A stretch of DNA of 64,000 nt from an uncultured bacterium (GCA_963736115.1 CAVTNR010000011.1:1-64000); one strand, 5' to 3'. Numbered from the stretch's first letter, positions 9,562 through 19,524 are shown. The notes: generated from the sequence alone by a model not told the origin. A program made the numbers and translations.

Positions 9562-11148
9562 ATGAAAGACGTTCCTGCATCATCCGCCGCTCCGGACATT
9601 CCGCCGGAACGGATGGATGTCTATCAGACATCCATCCGGGTTCTGGGAGCCGGAGGCGCCGGAAATAACACCATCGACCGGCTCCAGAGACTGGGTATCC
9701 GGAACGTGGACACCATCGCCCTCAATACGGATGCGCAGCAACTGCTCGAGACGCACACCCAACGGCGCATCCTGATCGGAAAGAACATCACGGCCGGGCT
9801 CGGATCCGGCGGCGATCCCCAGATCGGGGAGCGTTCGGCGGAAGAGAACCATGCCGCGATACGCTCCGCGATCGAGGGCGCGGATCTGCTGTTCATCACC
9901 GGCGGCCTCGGTGGCGGTACCGCCACGGGTTCCATCCCGATCATCGGACGGGTGGCCCGGGAACAGGGGACACTGACGATGGCCATCGTCACCATGCCCT
10001 TCTCCGAGGAAGGCATCGTTCGATGGGAAAACGCCCAGATCGGCCTCGAAAAGATTCGCAAGAATGTGGATACCGTGATCGTCCTGCGCAATGACAAGCT
10101 GTACGAACTGTATCCGGACACCACATTGCTCGAAGCCTTCCGTAAGGCGGACGAAATACTCATCCACAGCCTCATCGGATTGTCCGAGCTTGTGCAGAAA
10201 CGGGGACTGATCAATCTCGATTTCGCCGATATCCGGTCGGTTCTCACCGACGGACCCAATGCCGTGGTCGGGCTCGGGGAGAGCCGCTCCGAGAACCGGG
10301 CCGAGGAAGCCGCGCGACGCGCATTCAGCCATCCCATGATGGACTCCGACATTACGGGCGCCCAGAGCGCCATGGTGCACATCACCGGCGACGCGGATCT
10401 GACACTGAAAGAATCCCGGCAGGTCGTTCAGGCGCTCTCCCATAAGCTGGACCCGGGGGCGAAAATCATCTGGGGCGTGACCATCGACAAGTCGGTCAAG
10501 GGGACCCTGAAAGTCCTGCTCATCGTGACCGGTCTTGTGGAAAAAGAGGATGATTTTCCGAAGCGCCTCGATGAGTCGGATACCGTTCCCCGGCAGTCCG
10601 TCGAGACGGAAGGGACAGCGCTGGGCCCGCTTCAACCGATCCGCGACGACGGCAAGAGCATTTTCGACATCAAGGAATCCATCATGGCTTCCGGCGAGGA
10701 GACCACCACGCTGACGAAGCCCAGAAAGGCCGTCGCCCAGTCCTCGCAGATCTTTTACACGATATTTGAAGAAGAGGCGGCCGCGGACCTGAAACGCTTC
10801 GACCGGGCGGTCCATCTTCTTCGGGAGACGCCGGACAGCCGCAAAGCCCTGCTGGATGCCCTTCAATCCTGCAAGATGCTGTTCGCATCAGCCCAGATGT
10901 TCGGATTCGATGAAACCTGCCAACTGCTCGGCGCGGTTCAGGATATTCTCCAGAGCGTCCACGCGAAGGAGATCCAGATGAATCCGAGAATCCTGGATTC
11001 CATCACGCTGGCGATCGAGATGGTCGTGGATCTGATGGAAAACCGCTGCGACGGACGAGGCGAAACCGGGTACATCGTCGACCGGCTGCGCGATCTCCGG
11101 AGCGAGCAGATGGAATCCGCGGCTTCCGCGGACGGAAACAAACCGTGA
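9562..11148 (+). CDS. ftsZ: FtsZ-family GTPase (archaeal FtsZ1-like core) fused to a C-terminal CheA-P1/HPt-like helical domain
   Basis: GAGGAGNNT, NTDAQQL, GLGSGGDP, GLGGGTATG (tubulin signature), PFSEEG, GLINLDFAD (T7 loop), IIWG...IVTG. About 70 aa of linker follow, then IFEEEA...LQSCKMLFASAQMFGF...VQDIL. RBS GGGGAGA precedes ATG 9562. Confidence 0.9.
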   Translation: MKDVPASSAAPDIPPERMDVYQTSIRVLGAGGAGNNTIDRLQRLGIRNVDTIALNTDAQQLLETHTQRRILIGKNITAGLGSGGDPQIGERSAEENHAAIRSAIEGADLLFITGGLGGGTATGSIPIIGRVAREQGTLTMAIVTMPFSEEGIVRWENAQIGLEKIRKNVDTVIVLRNDKLYELYPDTTLLEAFRKADEILIHSLIGLSELVQKRGLINLDFADIRSVLTDGPNAVVGLGESRSENRAEEAARRAFSHPMMDSDITGAQSAMVHITGDADLTLKESRQVVQALSHKLDPGAKIIWGVTIDKSVKGTLKVLLIVTGLVEKEDDFPKRLDESDTVPRQSVETEGTALGPLQPIRDDGKSIFDIKESIMASGEETTTLTKPRKAVAQSSQIFYTIFEEEAAADLKRFDRAVHLLRETPDSRKALLDALQSCKMLFASAQMFGFDETCQLLGAVQDILQSVHAKEIQMNPRILDSITLAIEMVVDLMENRCDGRGETGYIVDRLRDLRSEQMESAASADGNKP

Positions 11149-11165
11149 CCGGCGGATGCATCGCC

Positions 11166-11207
11166 GCCCGTTTCCAGCCGACCGGCAGGGAACGGGCTTT
11201 TTGTTTT
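11166..11207 (+). terminator. Rho-independent terminator after ftsZ
   Basis: GCCCGTTTCC...GGGAACGGGC stem followed by TTTTTGTTTT. Confidence 0.7.
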
Positions 11208-11221
11208 GCGGAGGATCCGGC

Positions 11222-12880
11222 ATGAATCCGTGCGTTCCGCTGTCCGAAAAGCCGGGCCGGGCGGGAAAGGACCTCGGGCCTGCGGTGCGCGTGGCCGGAA
11301 CCGAACAGGTCCGTGCGGCCCATGAAACTTATCTGACCGACGAATCCCGGATGCCTGGCGGATTTGCGGATGAACTGGTGTTCGCCCGCAGTGAAAAACA
11401 GGTCTGTGAATTACTGGCCGGAGCCGGGCGCAGGGGAACCTCGGTGACGGTTTCCGGCGCCAGGACGGGCATTGTCGGCGGTGCGGTTCCGTTCGGAGGG
11501 GCGCTGTTGTCCATGGAATCCTTCAACGGATTTCTCGGCGCCCGCCATGCGGACGGGGAAGAGGACTGGCGGATCCGGGTTGAACCCGGATTGACCCTGG
11601 AAGCGCTGAACCGCATACTCGAAACCGGACTTCCAGCCGGAAACGGCGGATCGGGTTATGACCTTGACCGATTTCCGGAAACACCCCTGTTTCTGGCGGA
11701 ATCCGCTTCCTGGTTCTATCCGCCTGATCCCACGGAGAAAACCGCGCATCTCGGCGGAACCGTGGCGACCAATGCTTCCGGATCGCGATCCCTGAAATAC
11801 GGTCCCACTCGGGAATGGGTGACGGCGCTTCGCGTGGTCCTGCCGGACGGCCGCGCGCTGGAACTTCGAAGGGGCGAATGCATTTCACACGGCGGCTCCG
11901 CACTGCGCATCATGGCCGACGGCCAGGAGCGCATCGTGCATCCGCCCCGGATCCGTGCGGTCCGCGTCAAGTCCACGGCCGGTTACTGGGGCGGAACGCC
12001 CCTGGATTGGATCGATCTTTTCATCGGATCCGAGGGTACGCTCGGGGTCATCACGGAAATAGAACTTCGGCTGGCCCGTAAACCGGAATCCGTGTTCGGC
12101 GGCCTCGCCTTTTTTCATTCCGAGGAACAGGCGCTTTCCTTTGTCCGGCTCGCGTCTTCTCAGGACGGTCCGGGTCCATCGGTGCTCGAATTTTTTGATG
12201 CGGCCGGTATCCGTCTCGCGGCGGGCAGGGAATCCGGAGCGGCAACGTTTCCGGCCTCTTCTTTCCCAGTCGACCCCGAATCTTCCGGTTGCGCGGTTTA
12301 TTTCGAACAGGAATGTGCGGCGGACGGCATGGAGGAGTCGCTGGATGGGTACGGCCGCATGCTGTCCCGGTGCGGCAGTTCGCTGGACGAGGCATGGGGC
12401 GCGATGGACGAGAGGGAATTGCGAAGAATCGCTGATTTCCGCCACGCGCTTCCGGAAGCGATCAATACGATCATTGGCCAGCGGAAGCGGATTTTTCCGG
12501 GAATCCACAAAGTCAGCACGGATTTCGCGGTTCCCGGAGAATCCTTTCATCACCTGTTCCGGTTTTACCGGGAACGCCTGGACCCGACGGGCTTGGAATA
12601 CGTCATTTTCGGGCATGTCGGTGAAAATCATGTTCATCTGAACGTTCTGCCTGGATCCGAGGAGGACCTGACTTCAGCGGTACAGGTCGGCCGGGATCTG
12701 GCAATCGAAGCGGTCCGGCTGGGCGGCACAGTGAGCGCGGAACATGGCATCGGAAAGCTTAAAAAACATCTACTTGCCCTGCAATTCGGACCGGAGGACC
12801 TGGATTCCATGATCCGCGTGAAAAAAGAACTGGATCCGGACTTGATTCTCGGCAGAGGGACACTTTTTGATATCCCCTAA
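11222..12880 (+). CDS. FAD-binding oxidoreductase (GlcD / D-lactate dehydrogenase family)
   Basis: SGARTGIVGGAVP, PPDPTE, GGTVATNASG, FIGSEGTLGVIT, GHVGENHVH and SAEHGIG motifs. Confidence 0.88.
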   Translation: MNPCVPLSEKPGRAGKDLGPAVRVAGTEQVRAAHETYLTDESRMPGGFADELVFARSEKQVCELLAGAGRRGTSVTVSGARTGIVGGAVPFGGALLSMESFNGFLGARHADGEEDWRIRVEPGLTLEALNRILETGLPAGNGGSGYDLDRFPETPLFLAESASWFYPPDPTEKTAHLGGTVATNASGSRSLKYGPTREWVTALRVVLPDGRALELRRGECISHGGSALRIMADGQERIVHPPRIRAVRVKSTAGYWGGTPLDWIDLFIGSEGTLGVITEIELRLARKPESVFGGLAFFHSEEQALSFVRLASSQDGPGPSVLEFFDAAGIRLAAGRESGAATFPASSFPVDPESSGCAVYFEQECAADGMEESLDGYGRMLSRCGSSLDEAWGAMDERELRRIADFRHALPEAINTIIGQRKRIFPGIHKVSTDFAVPGESFHHLFRFYRERLDPTGLEYVIFGHVGENHVHLNVLPGSEEDLTSAVQVGRDLAIEAVRLGGTVSAEHGIGKLKKHLLALQFGPEDLDSMIRVKKELDPDLILGRGTLFDIP

Positions 12881-12903
12881 CCCGTTGTATTTATAAAATT
12901 TTC

Positions 12904-12932
12904 TTGACATTTGCCGTTTTTTACATTAAATT
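12904..12932 (+). promoter_or_regulatory. Sigma70-type promoter for the tRNA-Val/thrS unit
   Basis: TTGACA-17 nt-TAAATT, just upstream of the tRNA. Confidence 0.75.
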
Positions 12933-12943
12933 TGTGACACTTT

Positions 12944-13018
<75 letters not shown>

Positions 13019-13059
13019 CTCGAGATTTTCCTGCGTAAGGAGAGAATAAAGGACACTCG

Positions 13060-14976
13060 TTGAGTCAAATCACGATCACATTCGAAGGCGGAACCCAAAA
13101 GCAGGTCGAAAAAGGCATTTCCATATTTCAGGCGGTTCAGCAGGCGCTCCCCGAATTGGCTTCTTCCGCAATTGCCGCGGTAGTCAACGGAAAAATTACG
13201 GATTTACAGGATCGAATCGAATCGGACGCGACGGTTCAAGTCGTCTCGGATCGCGATCCTGAAGGCCTGCATGTATTCTGGCACAGCGCCTCCCACGTGA
13301 TGGCCCAGGCGGTCCGCGCACTTTTCCCGGATGCCAAACTGGGCATCGGCCCGTCCATTGAGAACGGATTCTATTACGATTTCCGGATGGACAGGACTCT
13401 GACCGCCGAGGATCTGCCGGCCATCGAAGCGAAGATGAAGGAAATCGTCAAGGCCGATCAGCCCTTCATCCGCGATCGGCTGTCGCCGGGTGAAGCCGAG
13501 GCGTTGTTCGGAAGCCGGGGGGAGGATTTCAAACTCGAGCTGATCCGGGACATCCCCGCCGACAGCCTGACCGTCTACCGCAACGGCGATTTCGTCGACC
13601 TGTGCCGTGGGCCTCATGTTCCGGCCACCGGACGGATCCGGCATTTTAAACTGCTCAGCGTGGCCGGCGCCTACTGGAGGGGCGACGAGCGGAACGCCGT
13701 GATGCAGCGGATTTACGGTATCGCTTTCCGCGATCACGATTCGCTCAAGAGCCATCTGGCCATGCTCGAGGAGGCCCGGAAACGCGATCACCGCAAGCTG
13801 GGAAAAGAGCTGGACCTGTTCAGTTTTCAGCCCGAAGGGCCGGGATTCGCGTTCTGGCACCCGAACGGGATGTCGCTTTACAATTCCGCCATGGAGGCGG
13901 TCCGCGAAATTCTCGTCCGCAAGGGTTACGCAGAGATCAAGACGCCGATCCTGCTCAACGAGTCGCTGTGGCACCGGAGCGGACACTGGGATCATTACAA
14001 GGAGAACATGTACTTCACGAGCATCGACGAACAGCCGTTCGCCGTGAAGCCCATGAACTGCCCGGGCTGTCTGCTCGTCTACCGCAACACGCCGCGCTCC
14101 TACCGCGACCTTCCCGTGAAATTCATGGAGATGGGGCTGGTCCACCGGCACGAAAAATCGGGCGTTCTGCACGGCCTGTTCCGCGTCCGGCAGTTCACCC
14201 AGGACGACGCGCACGTGTTCTGCACTCCGGATCAGCTCGAAGCCGAAATCGGGAAACTGATCGACCTCGTGGCTGAAGTGTATGCGCTTTTCGGATTCCA
14301 CCGCTACCAGATCGAGGTTTCCACACGCCCGTCGAAATCCATCGGGTCCGATGAGATGTGGCGGAACGCCGAGGACGCCCTGACGCACTCGCTTGCCTCC
14401 AAGGGAATCGCGTATACGCTGAACCCCGGCGAGGGCGCCTTTTACGGCCCGAAAATCGACTATCACATCCAGGATTCGCTCGGCCGAACGTGGCAGTGCG
14501 GAACGATTCAGGTGGATTATTCCATGCCCGAACGGTTCGACCTGGAGTATGTCGGAACCGACAACGCAAAACACAGGCCGGTCATGATCCACCGCGCCAT
14601 TTTCGGCTCCATCGAGCGTTTCATCGGGATCCTGATCGAACATTTCGGCGGCGCGTTCCCGCTCTGGCTGGCCCCGGTGCAGTGCGTGCTGATCCCGATT
14701 ACGGACAAGCACCATGAGGCGGCCTCTGCGGCGGCCGACCGGCTCGGCCGGGAGGGCATCCGCGTCCGGGTCGACAGCCGCAACGAGAAGATGGGTTACA
14801 AAATCCGGGAGGCGGAGAAGCTGAAAATACCCGCGATGGCCGTGATCGGAGACCGGGAGGCGGAACAGGGAACCGTATCCGTCCGCCGGCACGGACGCGG
14901 CGATCTCGGCTCCCTGCCGCTCGAGGCATTCGCGGAATCCCTGAAGGACGAAATCGCAAGGAGGGCGAGCCATTAG
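13060..14976 (+). CDS. thrS: Threonine--tRNA ligase
   Basis: TGS domain, HSASHVMA, DLCRGPH, RDHRKLG, KPMNCPG, FYGPKID; TTG start. Confidence 0.97.
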   Translation: MSQITITFEGGTQKQVEKGISIFQAVQQALPELASSAIAAVVNGKITDLQDRIESDATVQVVSDRDPEGLHVFWHSASHVMAQAVRALFPDAKLGIGPSIENGFYYDFRMDRTLTAEDLPAIEAKMKEIVKADQPFIRDRLSPGEAEALFGSRGEDFKLELIRDIPADSLTVYRNGDFVDLCRGPHVPATGRIRHFKLLSVAGAYWRGDERNAVMQRIYGIAFRDHDSLKSHLAMLEEARKRDHRKLGKELDLFSFQPEGPGFAFWHPNGMSLYNSAMEAVREILVRKGYAEIKTPILLNESLWHRSGHWDHYKENMYFTSIDEQPFAVKPMNCPGCLLVYRNTPRSYRDLPVKFMEMGLVHRHEKSGVLHGLFRVRQFTQDDAHVFCTPDQLEAEIGKLIDLVAEVYALFGFHRYQIEVSTRPSKSIGSDEMWRNAEDALTHSLASKGIAYTLNPGEGAFYGPKIDYHIQDSLGRTWQCGTIQVDYSMPERFDLEYVGTDNAKHRPVMIHRAIFGSIERFIGILIEHFGGAFPLWLAPVQCVLIPITDKHHEAASAAADRLGREGIRVRVDSRNEKMGYKIREAEKLKIPAMAVIGDREAEQGTVSVRRHGRGDLGSLPLEAFAESLKDEIARRASH

Positions 14977-15481
14977 CAAAGACGAAATCCGTCTCAACGA
15001 GGAAATCCCGTCCGAAACGATGCGGGTCATCGACGCGGACGGGAAACAGATCGGCGTCCTGATTAAATCGAGGGCGCTCGAACTGGCGGCCGAACGCAAC
15101 CTGGATCTGGTGGAAATCGTTCCGAACGCGTCGCCGCCCGTCTGCCGCATCATGGATTTCGGCAAGTACAAGTACCAGCTCAGCAAGAAGGAGAAGCTGA
15201 GCAAGAAAAAACAGCACATCATTCATGTCAAGGAAATCCGGTTCCGTCCGACCATCGACAGTCACGATATCGAGACCAAGCTCAAGCAGGCCCGGAAATT
15301 CCTCGACATGGGGGACCATGTGCGGGTCCGCATCATGTTCCGCGGGCGTCAGATCGTTCATCCCGAACTTGGACGGGCCGTCCTCGACCAGGTTCAGAAG
15401 GAACTGTCCGACATCGCCAAAATGGAAAAGGATGCGATCACCGAAGACCGCAGCATCGTCGTCACCTTCATTAAAAAATAG
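14972..15481 (+). CDS. infC: Translation initiation factor IF-3 (ATT start)
   Basis: AAGGAGG RBS, then ATT AGC AAA GAC GAA ATC CGT CTC AAC GAG ([10 protein letters not shown]) in frame with ORF 15020..15481; [14 protein letters not shown]. Confidence 0.93.
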   Translation: MSKDEIRLNEEIPSETMRVIDADGKQIGVLIKSRALELAAERNLDLVEIVPNASPPVCRIMDFGKYKYQLSKKEKLSKKKQHIIHVKEIRFRPTIDSHDIETKLKQARKFLDMGDHVRVRIMFRGRQIVHPELGRAVLDQVQKELSDIAKMEKDAITEDRSIVVTFIKK

Positions 15482-15501
15482 ATCAAAGGAGCCTTCATCC
15501 C

Positions 15502-15699
15502 ATGCCGAAAACCCGAACAAGGAGCGGCGTGAAAAAGCGGTTTTTCGCAACCGCATCAGGCAGTACCATCAAGCGTGGTAAGGCGTATGCCCGCCACATT
15601 CTCACGTCCAAGTCCACCAAACGCAAACGCAAACTGCGCCAGTCGGATAGCGTGTCCTCGTCCGAGAACCGCCGCGTCAAGCGGATGCTCGGCATCTGA
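15502..15699 (+). CDS. rpmI: 50S ribosomal protein L35
   Basis: [14 protein letters not shown]...[15 protein letters not shown]; lies between infC and rplT. Confidence 0.95.
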   Translation: MPKTRTRSGVKKRFFATASGSTIKRGKAYARHILTSKSTKRKRKLRQSDSVSSSENRRVKRMLGI

Positions 15700-15746
15700 C
15701 GCCGGTCCTGCTTCGCATCCGAACCGCATAACCCAGGAAGAATCGA

Positions 15747-16097
15747 ATGCCCAGATCAACCAACAACGTCGCTTCGCGGGCGCGGAGGAAGAAAATCCTC
15801 AAGGCGGCCCGCGGCTATTTCGGTGGAAAGAGCAAACTCATCAAAACGGCGAAAGAAGCCGTCCAGCGCTCCATGCGCTACGCCTACCGGGACCGCCGAA
15901 CCCGGAAGCGGGAATACCGGACGCTCTGGATCGCCCGCATCAACGCGGCCGTTCGGCCGTTCGGCCTGAATTATTCGGGCTTCATCCGGAGCCTCGCGAA
16001 ATCGAACATCGAGATCGACCGCAAACTGCTCGCGGATCTCGCGGTCACCGATCCGAAAGCCTTCGCCCGCATCGTCGAACAGGTGAAGAACGCCTGA
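15747..16097 (+). CDS. rplT: 50S ribosomal protein L20
   Basis: MPRS...ARGYFG...YAYRDRR...LWIARINAA...[10 protein letters not shown]. Confidence 0.97.
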   Translation: MPRSTNNVASRARRKKILKAARGYFGGKSKLIKTAKEAVQRSMRYAYRDRRTRKREYRTLWIARINAAVRPFGLNYSGFIRSLAKSNIEIDRKLLADLAVTDPKAFARIVEQVKNA

Positions 16098-16113
16098 CCG
16101 GGGGCCCGATTCC

Positions 16114-17136
16114 ATGGCATCGGAAAACCTGACCGGGGAAATCCGGAAAATCGACGAGGCGTTCCAGTCCCGTCTGGCCGAAGCGAAAGACGCTCCGTCC
16201 CTGGAACGGATTCGGACGGATTTTCTCGGCCGTAAAGGACATATCGCGCGCCTGTTCGAGACGCTGGGCGAAGCGGATCCCGCCGTCCGCAGGGAGGCGG
16301 GCCGCCTTCTGAATGAGCTGAAAAACCGGGCTCAGTCCGCCGTTCTGGAGGAAGCCGCCCGCGTTTCGGCGAAAGAATCCGAGGAAGACCGTCCGGATCT
16401 GACGCTTCCCGGATACGCGCCCCCGGTCGGACGCCTGCACCCGCTGACGATCGTCATGCGCAGGGTCAAATCCTGTTTTCAGAAGATGGGCTTTGCGGTC
16501 GCTCAGGGACCGGAAGTCGAATCGGATTACTACAACTTCGAAGCGTTGAACATTCCGCCGGGTCATCCCGCCCGCGACATGCAGGACACTCTGTACGTCA
16601 GCGACCGCGTGGTTCTGCGCACGCACACATCCCCCGTTCAGATCCGGGTGATGGAGAAGCAGAAACCGCCCGTCCGGATCATAGCGCCCGGACGGGTCTA
16701 CCGACGCGATACGCCGGATGCCTCGCATTCTCCGGTTTTCCACCAGGTGGAAGGTCTGTGCGTGGACGAGGGCGTAAGTTTCGCCGATCTGAAGGCGGTC
16801 ATCCTGGCCTTTGCCCGGGAGATGTTCGGATCGGACATGACGATCCGTTTCCGGCCGAGTTTTTTTCCGTTCACGGAACCCAGCGCCGAGTACGACTTCA
16901 CCTGCGTCATCTGCAGGGGAAAGGGCTGCAGGGTGTGTAAAAATACGGGATGGGTGGAGATTTCCGGAGCGGGCATGGTGAATCCCGAGGTATTCCGTTT
17001 CGCGGGCATCGACAGCGAACGGTACACCGGATACGCTTTCGGCATGGGCGTCGAACGACTCACCATGCTTCTGTACGAGGTTCAGGACATCCGCGCATTT
17101 TATGAAAACGACCTCCGTTTTCTCGGGCAGTTCTAG
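16114..17136 (+). CDS. pheS: Phenylalanine--tRNA ligase alpha subunit
   Basis: HPARDMQDT, LRTHTSPVQIR, FHQVEG, FPFTEPSAE, FGMGVERL. Confidence 0.97.
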   Translation: MASENLTGEIRKIDEAFQSRLAEAKDAPSLERIRTDFLGRKGHIARLFETLGEADPAVRREAGRLLNELKNRAQSAVLEEAARVSAKESEEDRPDLTLPGYAPPVGRLHPLTIVMRRVKSCFQKMGFAVAQGPEVESDYYNFEALNIPPGHPARDMQDTLYVSDRVVLRTHTSPVQIRVMEKQKPPVRIIAPGRVYRRDTPDASHSPVFHQVEGLCVDEGVSFADLKAVILAFAREMFGSDMTIRFRPSFFPFTEPSAEYDFTCVICRGKGCRVCKNTGWVEISGAGMVNPEVFRFAGIDSERYTGYAFGMGVERLTMLLYEVQDIRAFYENDLRFLGQF

Positions 17137-17145
17137 GACGACGCC

Positions 17146-19524
17146 ATGAAGATACCGCTTTCCTGGCTCCAGGACTGGATTTCCGTTCCACTCGACGCGC
17201 ATGAAACCGCGCGGCGGCTCACGTTGGCCGGTCTGGAAGTCGAATCCGTCGACACCGTCGGAGGCCGCTTCCGGGGCGTGGTGATCGGACGCATCCTGTC
17301 CGTCGAACCGGTTCCCGGAGCCGACAAGCTCCGTCTGTGCCGCGTGGACGTCGGCTCCGGCGAGATCCCCGTCGTCTGCGGCGCCCCGAACGTGCGGGAC
17401 GGGATTCTGGTGCCCGTTGCTCCGGAAGGCGCCGAACTGCCCGGCAATGTTAAAATCCGCCGGACGGTCATCCGGAACGCGGAATCGGCCGGCATGATCT
17501 GTTCCGACCGGGAACTGGGCCTCGGAGACGACCATTCCGGCATACTCATTCTTGACGATCCGTCGCTCCGGCCCGGCGATGCCTTCACGGATCGAGAGGA
17601 CTCCGATTTTGTCCTGGACATCAACGTCACTCCCAATCGGCCGGACTGCCTGTGTATCCGGGGCATTGCCCGGGAAGTGGCTCTACTCAACGGCTGTGCG
17701 CTCCGTTACCCGGAGACCGGGAAACTTGTGGATGCGGCCGGCGGCCCGATCGACATCCGCATCGAGGATCCGGACGGGTGCAGCCGCTACACGGCCCGCC
17801 GGCTGAAGGATGTCCGCATCGGCCCATCCCCCGAGTGGATCCGGAAACGGATCGAAGCGGCCGGCATGCACGCCGTCAATAATATCGTGGATATCACCAA
17901 TTACGTCATGCTGGAGACGGGTCAGCCGCTTCACGCGTTCGACGCGGATCTCCTGGACGGAGGCCGCATCATCGTCCGACGCGCCGGTGCACTCCCTCAG
18001 TTCACGACCCTGGACGGCCAGGAACGAATGCTGTCCGCCGGAGATCTCCTGATCTGCGACGGGTCGCGTCCGGTCGCGCTGGCCGGTATCATGGGAGGGC
18101 GGAATTCCGAAGTATCCGAGGGAACCCGCAGCATCCTCCTGGAAAGCGCGCATTTCGATCCGATGACCATCCGGCGCACCGTGAAGCGGATTGGAATCTC
18201 TTCCGAAGCCAGTATCCGCATGGAGAAAGGCGTCGATCCTTCCGGGACGCGGGCCGCACTGGAACGGGCGATCGCGCTGATGGTCGAACTGAGCGGCGGC
18301 AGTCCGGATTCCGGCGTGACCGACGTCGTGGCGCGTCCGATCCGTCCGGTCCGGGTCTCACTCCGTCCGCAGCGTATCCGTAAAGTACTCGGCGCAGAGA
18401 TCCCGCAGGAGGATGTCCTCCGCATACTCTCCGGACTCGACATGACCGTCGAAGGAACGGATCCGTTTGAGGTCACGGTGCCGACTCACAGGCCGGATGT
18501 GACGGGGGAGATCGACCTGATCGAGGAAGTGGTGCGTCATTTCGGGTTCGACCGGATTGAACCCACCGCTTCCACGACCGTCCCGACCGGCGTTGTTTCG
18601 AACCGGGAGGATGAATTCATCGAACGGCTCCGGGATCTTCTGTCCGGCATGGGATTCACGGAAGTTTTCAACAACAGCATGGTCGACCGGGAATCGACGG
18701 ATTTGTTTTTCACGCCCGTTCCCGCCGTCCCGGTGCGCAACCCGCTGAGCCCGGAAACCGCTTTCCTGCGCACCGCTCTGATGCCCGGCCTGATGGAAAG
18801 CGTCCGCTGGAACCACAACCGTTCCGTCTTCGATCTGCGTCTGTTCGAGATTGGACGCGTGTTCGAGCACCGAGGGGAGGGGCTTCCGGAGGAACGGGTT
18901 CGCGTCGCAGGCGTCATCAGCGAATCGGCCCGCCAGAAGGGGTACTGGAAATCACGCTCTCCGCGGCCGGACTGGTATGCCGTTAAGGGAACTCTCGAGG
19001 CCCTGGCGGAGGCGCTGCATCTCAAGGAAGCGGCATTCCGGCCGTCTCCCGGACGGGGATGGGTTTCGGGGACCGCCGCGGCTTTTTTCTCGGCGGGAAA
19101 GCGAATCGGATCGTTTGGAGAGGCGGATCCGTCCGTTCGCGACGCATGCGAAGTGTCGGAAAGGGTTTTCGGTTTCGAGTTGGATGGTTCCGAATTGTTG
19201 GAATGCCTGCCGCAGTCCCCGGTCGTCCGCCCGGTTCCCCGGTATCCCGCCGTGCGGCGGGATCTCGCCCTGGTGGTCGATGCAGGCGTGCCGGTGGGTT
19301 CCATTCAGGAAACCCTGTTCCAAAACGGAGGCGGTCTGCTCGTGTCCGCCGATCTTTTCGATCTCTACCAGGGGAAACAGATCCCCGCCGGACGGAAGAG
19401 CCTCGCCTTCACCCTCGCTTTTCTGTCTCCGGAACGCACGCTCACAGACGCCGACGTCGACCCGGTGATGAACGGAATCGTCCGTTTCCTCGAATCGGCC
19501 CACGGCGCATCCCTGCGGTCTTAA
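17146..19524 (+). CDS. pheT: Phenylalanine--tRNA ligase beta subunit
   Basis: MKIPLSWL, VCGAPN, TPNRPDCL, NYVMLETGQPLHAFD, DLIEEV and a C-terminal FDX-ACB domain. Confidence 0.96.
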   Translation: MKIPLSWLQDWISVPLDAHETARRLTLAGLEVESVDTVGGRFRGVVIGRILSVEPVPGADKLRLCRVDVGSGEIPVVCGAPNVRDGILVPVAPEGAELPGNVKIRRTVIRNAESAGMICSDRELGLGDDHSGILILDDPSLRPGDAFTDREDSDFVLDINVTPNRPDCLCIRGIAREVALLNGCALRYPETGKLVDAAGGPIDIRIEDPDGCSRYTARRLKDVRIGPSPEWIRKRIEAAGMHAVNNIVDITNYVMLETGQPLHAFDADLLDGGRIIVRRAGALPQFTTLDGQERMLSAGDLLICDGSRPVALAGIMGGRNSEVSEGTRSILLESAHFDPMTIRRTVKRIGISSEASIRMEKGVDPSGTRAALERAIALMVELSGGSPDSGVTDVVARPIRPVRVSLRPQRIRKVLGAEIPQEDVLRILSGLDMTVEGTDPFEVTVPTHRPDVTGEIDLIEEVVRHFGFDRIEPTASTTVPTGVVSNREDEFIERLRDLLSGMGFTEVFNNSMVDRESTDLFFTPVPAVPVRNPLSPETAFLRTALMPGLMESVRWNHNRSVFDLRLFEIGRVFEHRGEGLPEERVRVAGVISESARQKGYWKSRSPRPDWYAVKGTLEALAEALHLKEAAFRPSPGRGWVSGTAAAFFSAGKRIGSFGEADPSVRDACEVSERVFGFELDGSELLECLPQSPVVRPVPRYPAVRRDLALVVDAGVPVGSIQETLFQNGGGLLVSADLFDLYQGKQIPAGRKSLAFTLAFLSPERTLTDADVDPVMNGIVRFLESAHGASLRS

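Noticed and set aside
13019-13059. T-box leader for thrS (or for pheS, proS, lysS)
   Set aside because: The intergenic gaps are too short and no T-box consensus is visible.
13204-15222. 672-aa minus-strand ORF and other long antisense ORFs (e.g. 1012-2433, 9580-10866, 16045-17535, 23711-25030, 33949-35232, 52206-53552)
   Set aside because: These are shadow ORFs opposite well-conserved genes, as expected in high-GC DNA, and have no protein motifs.
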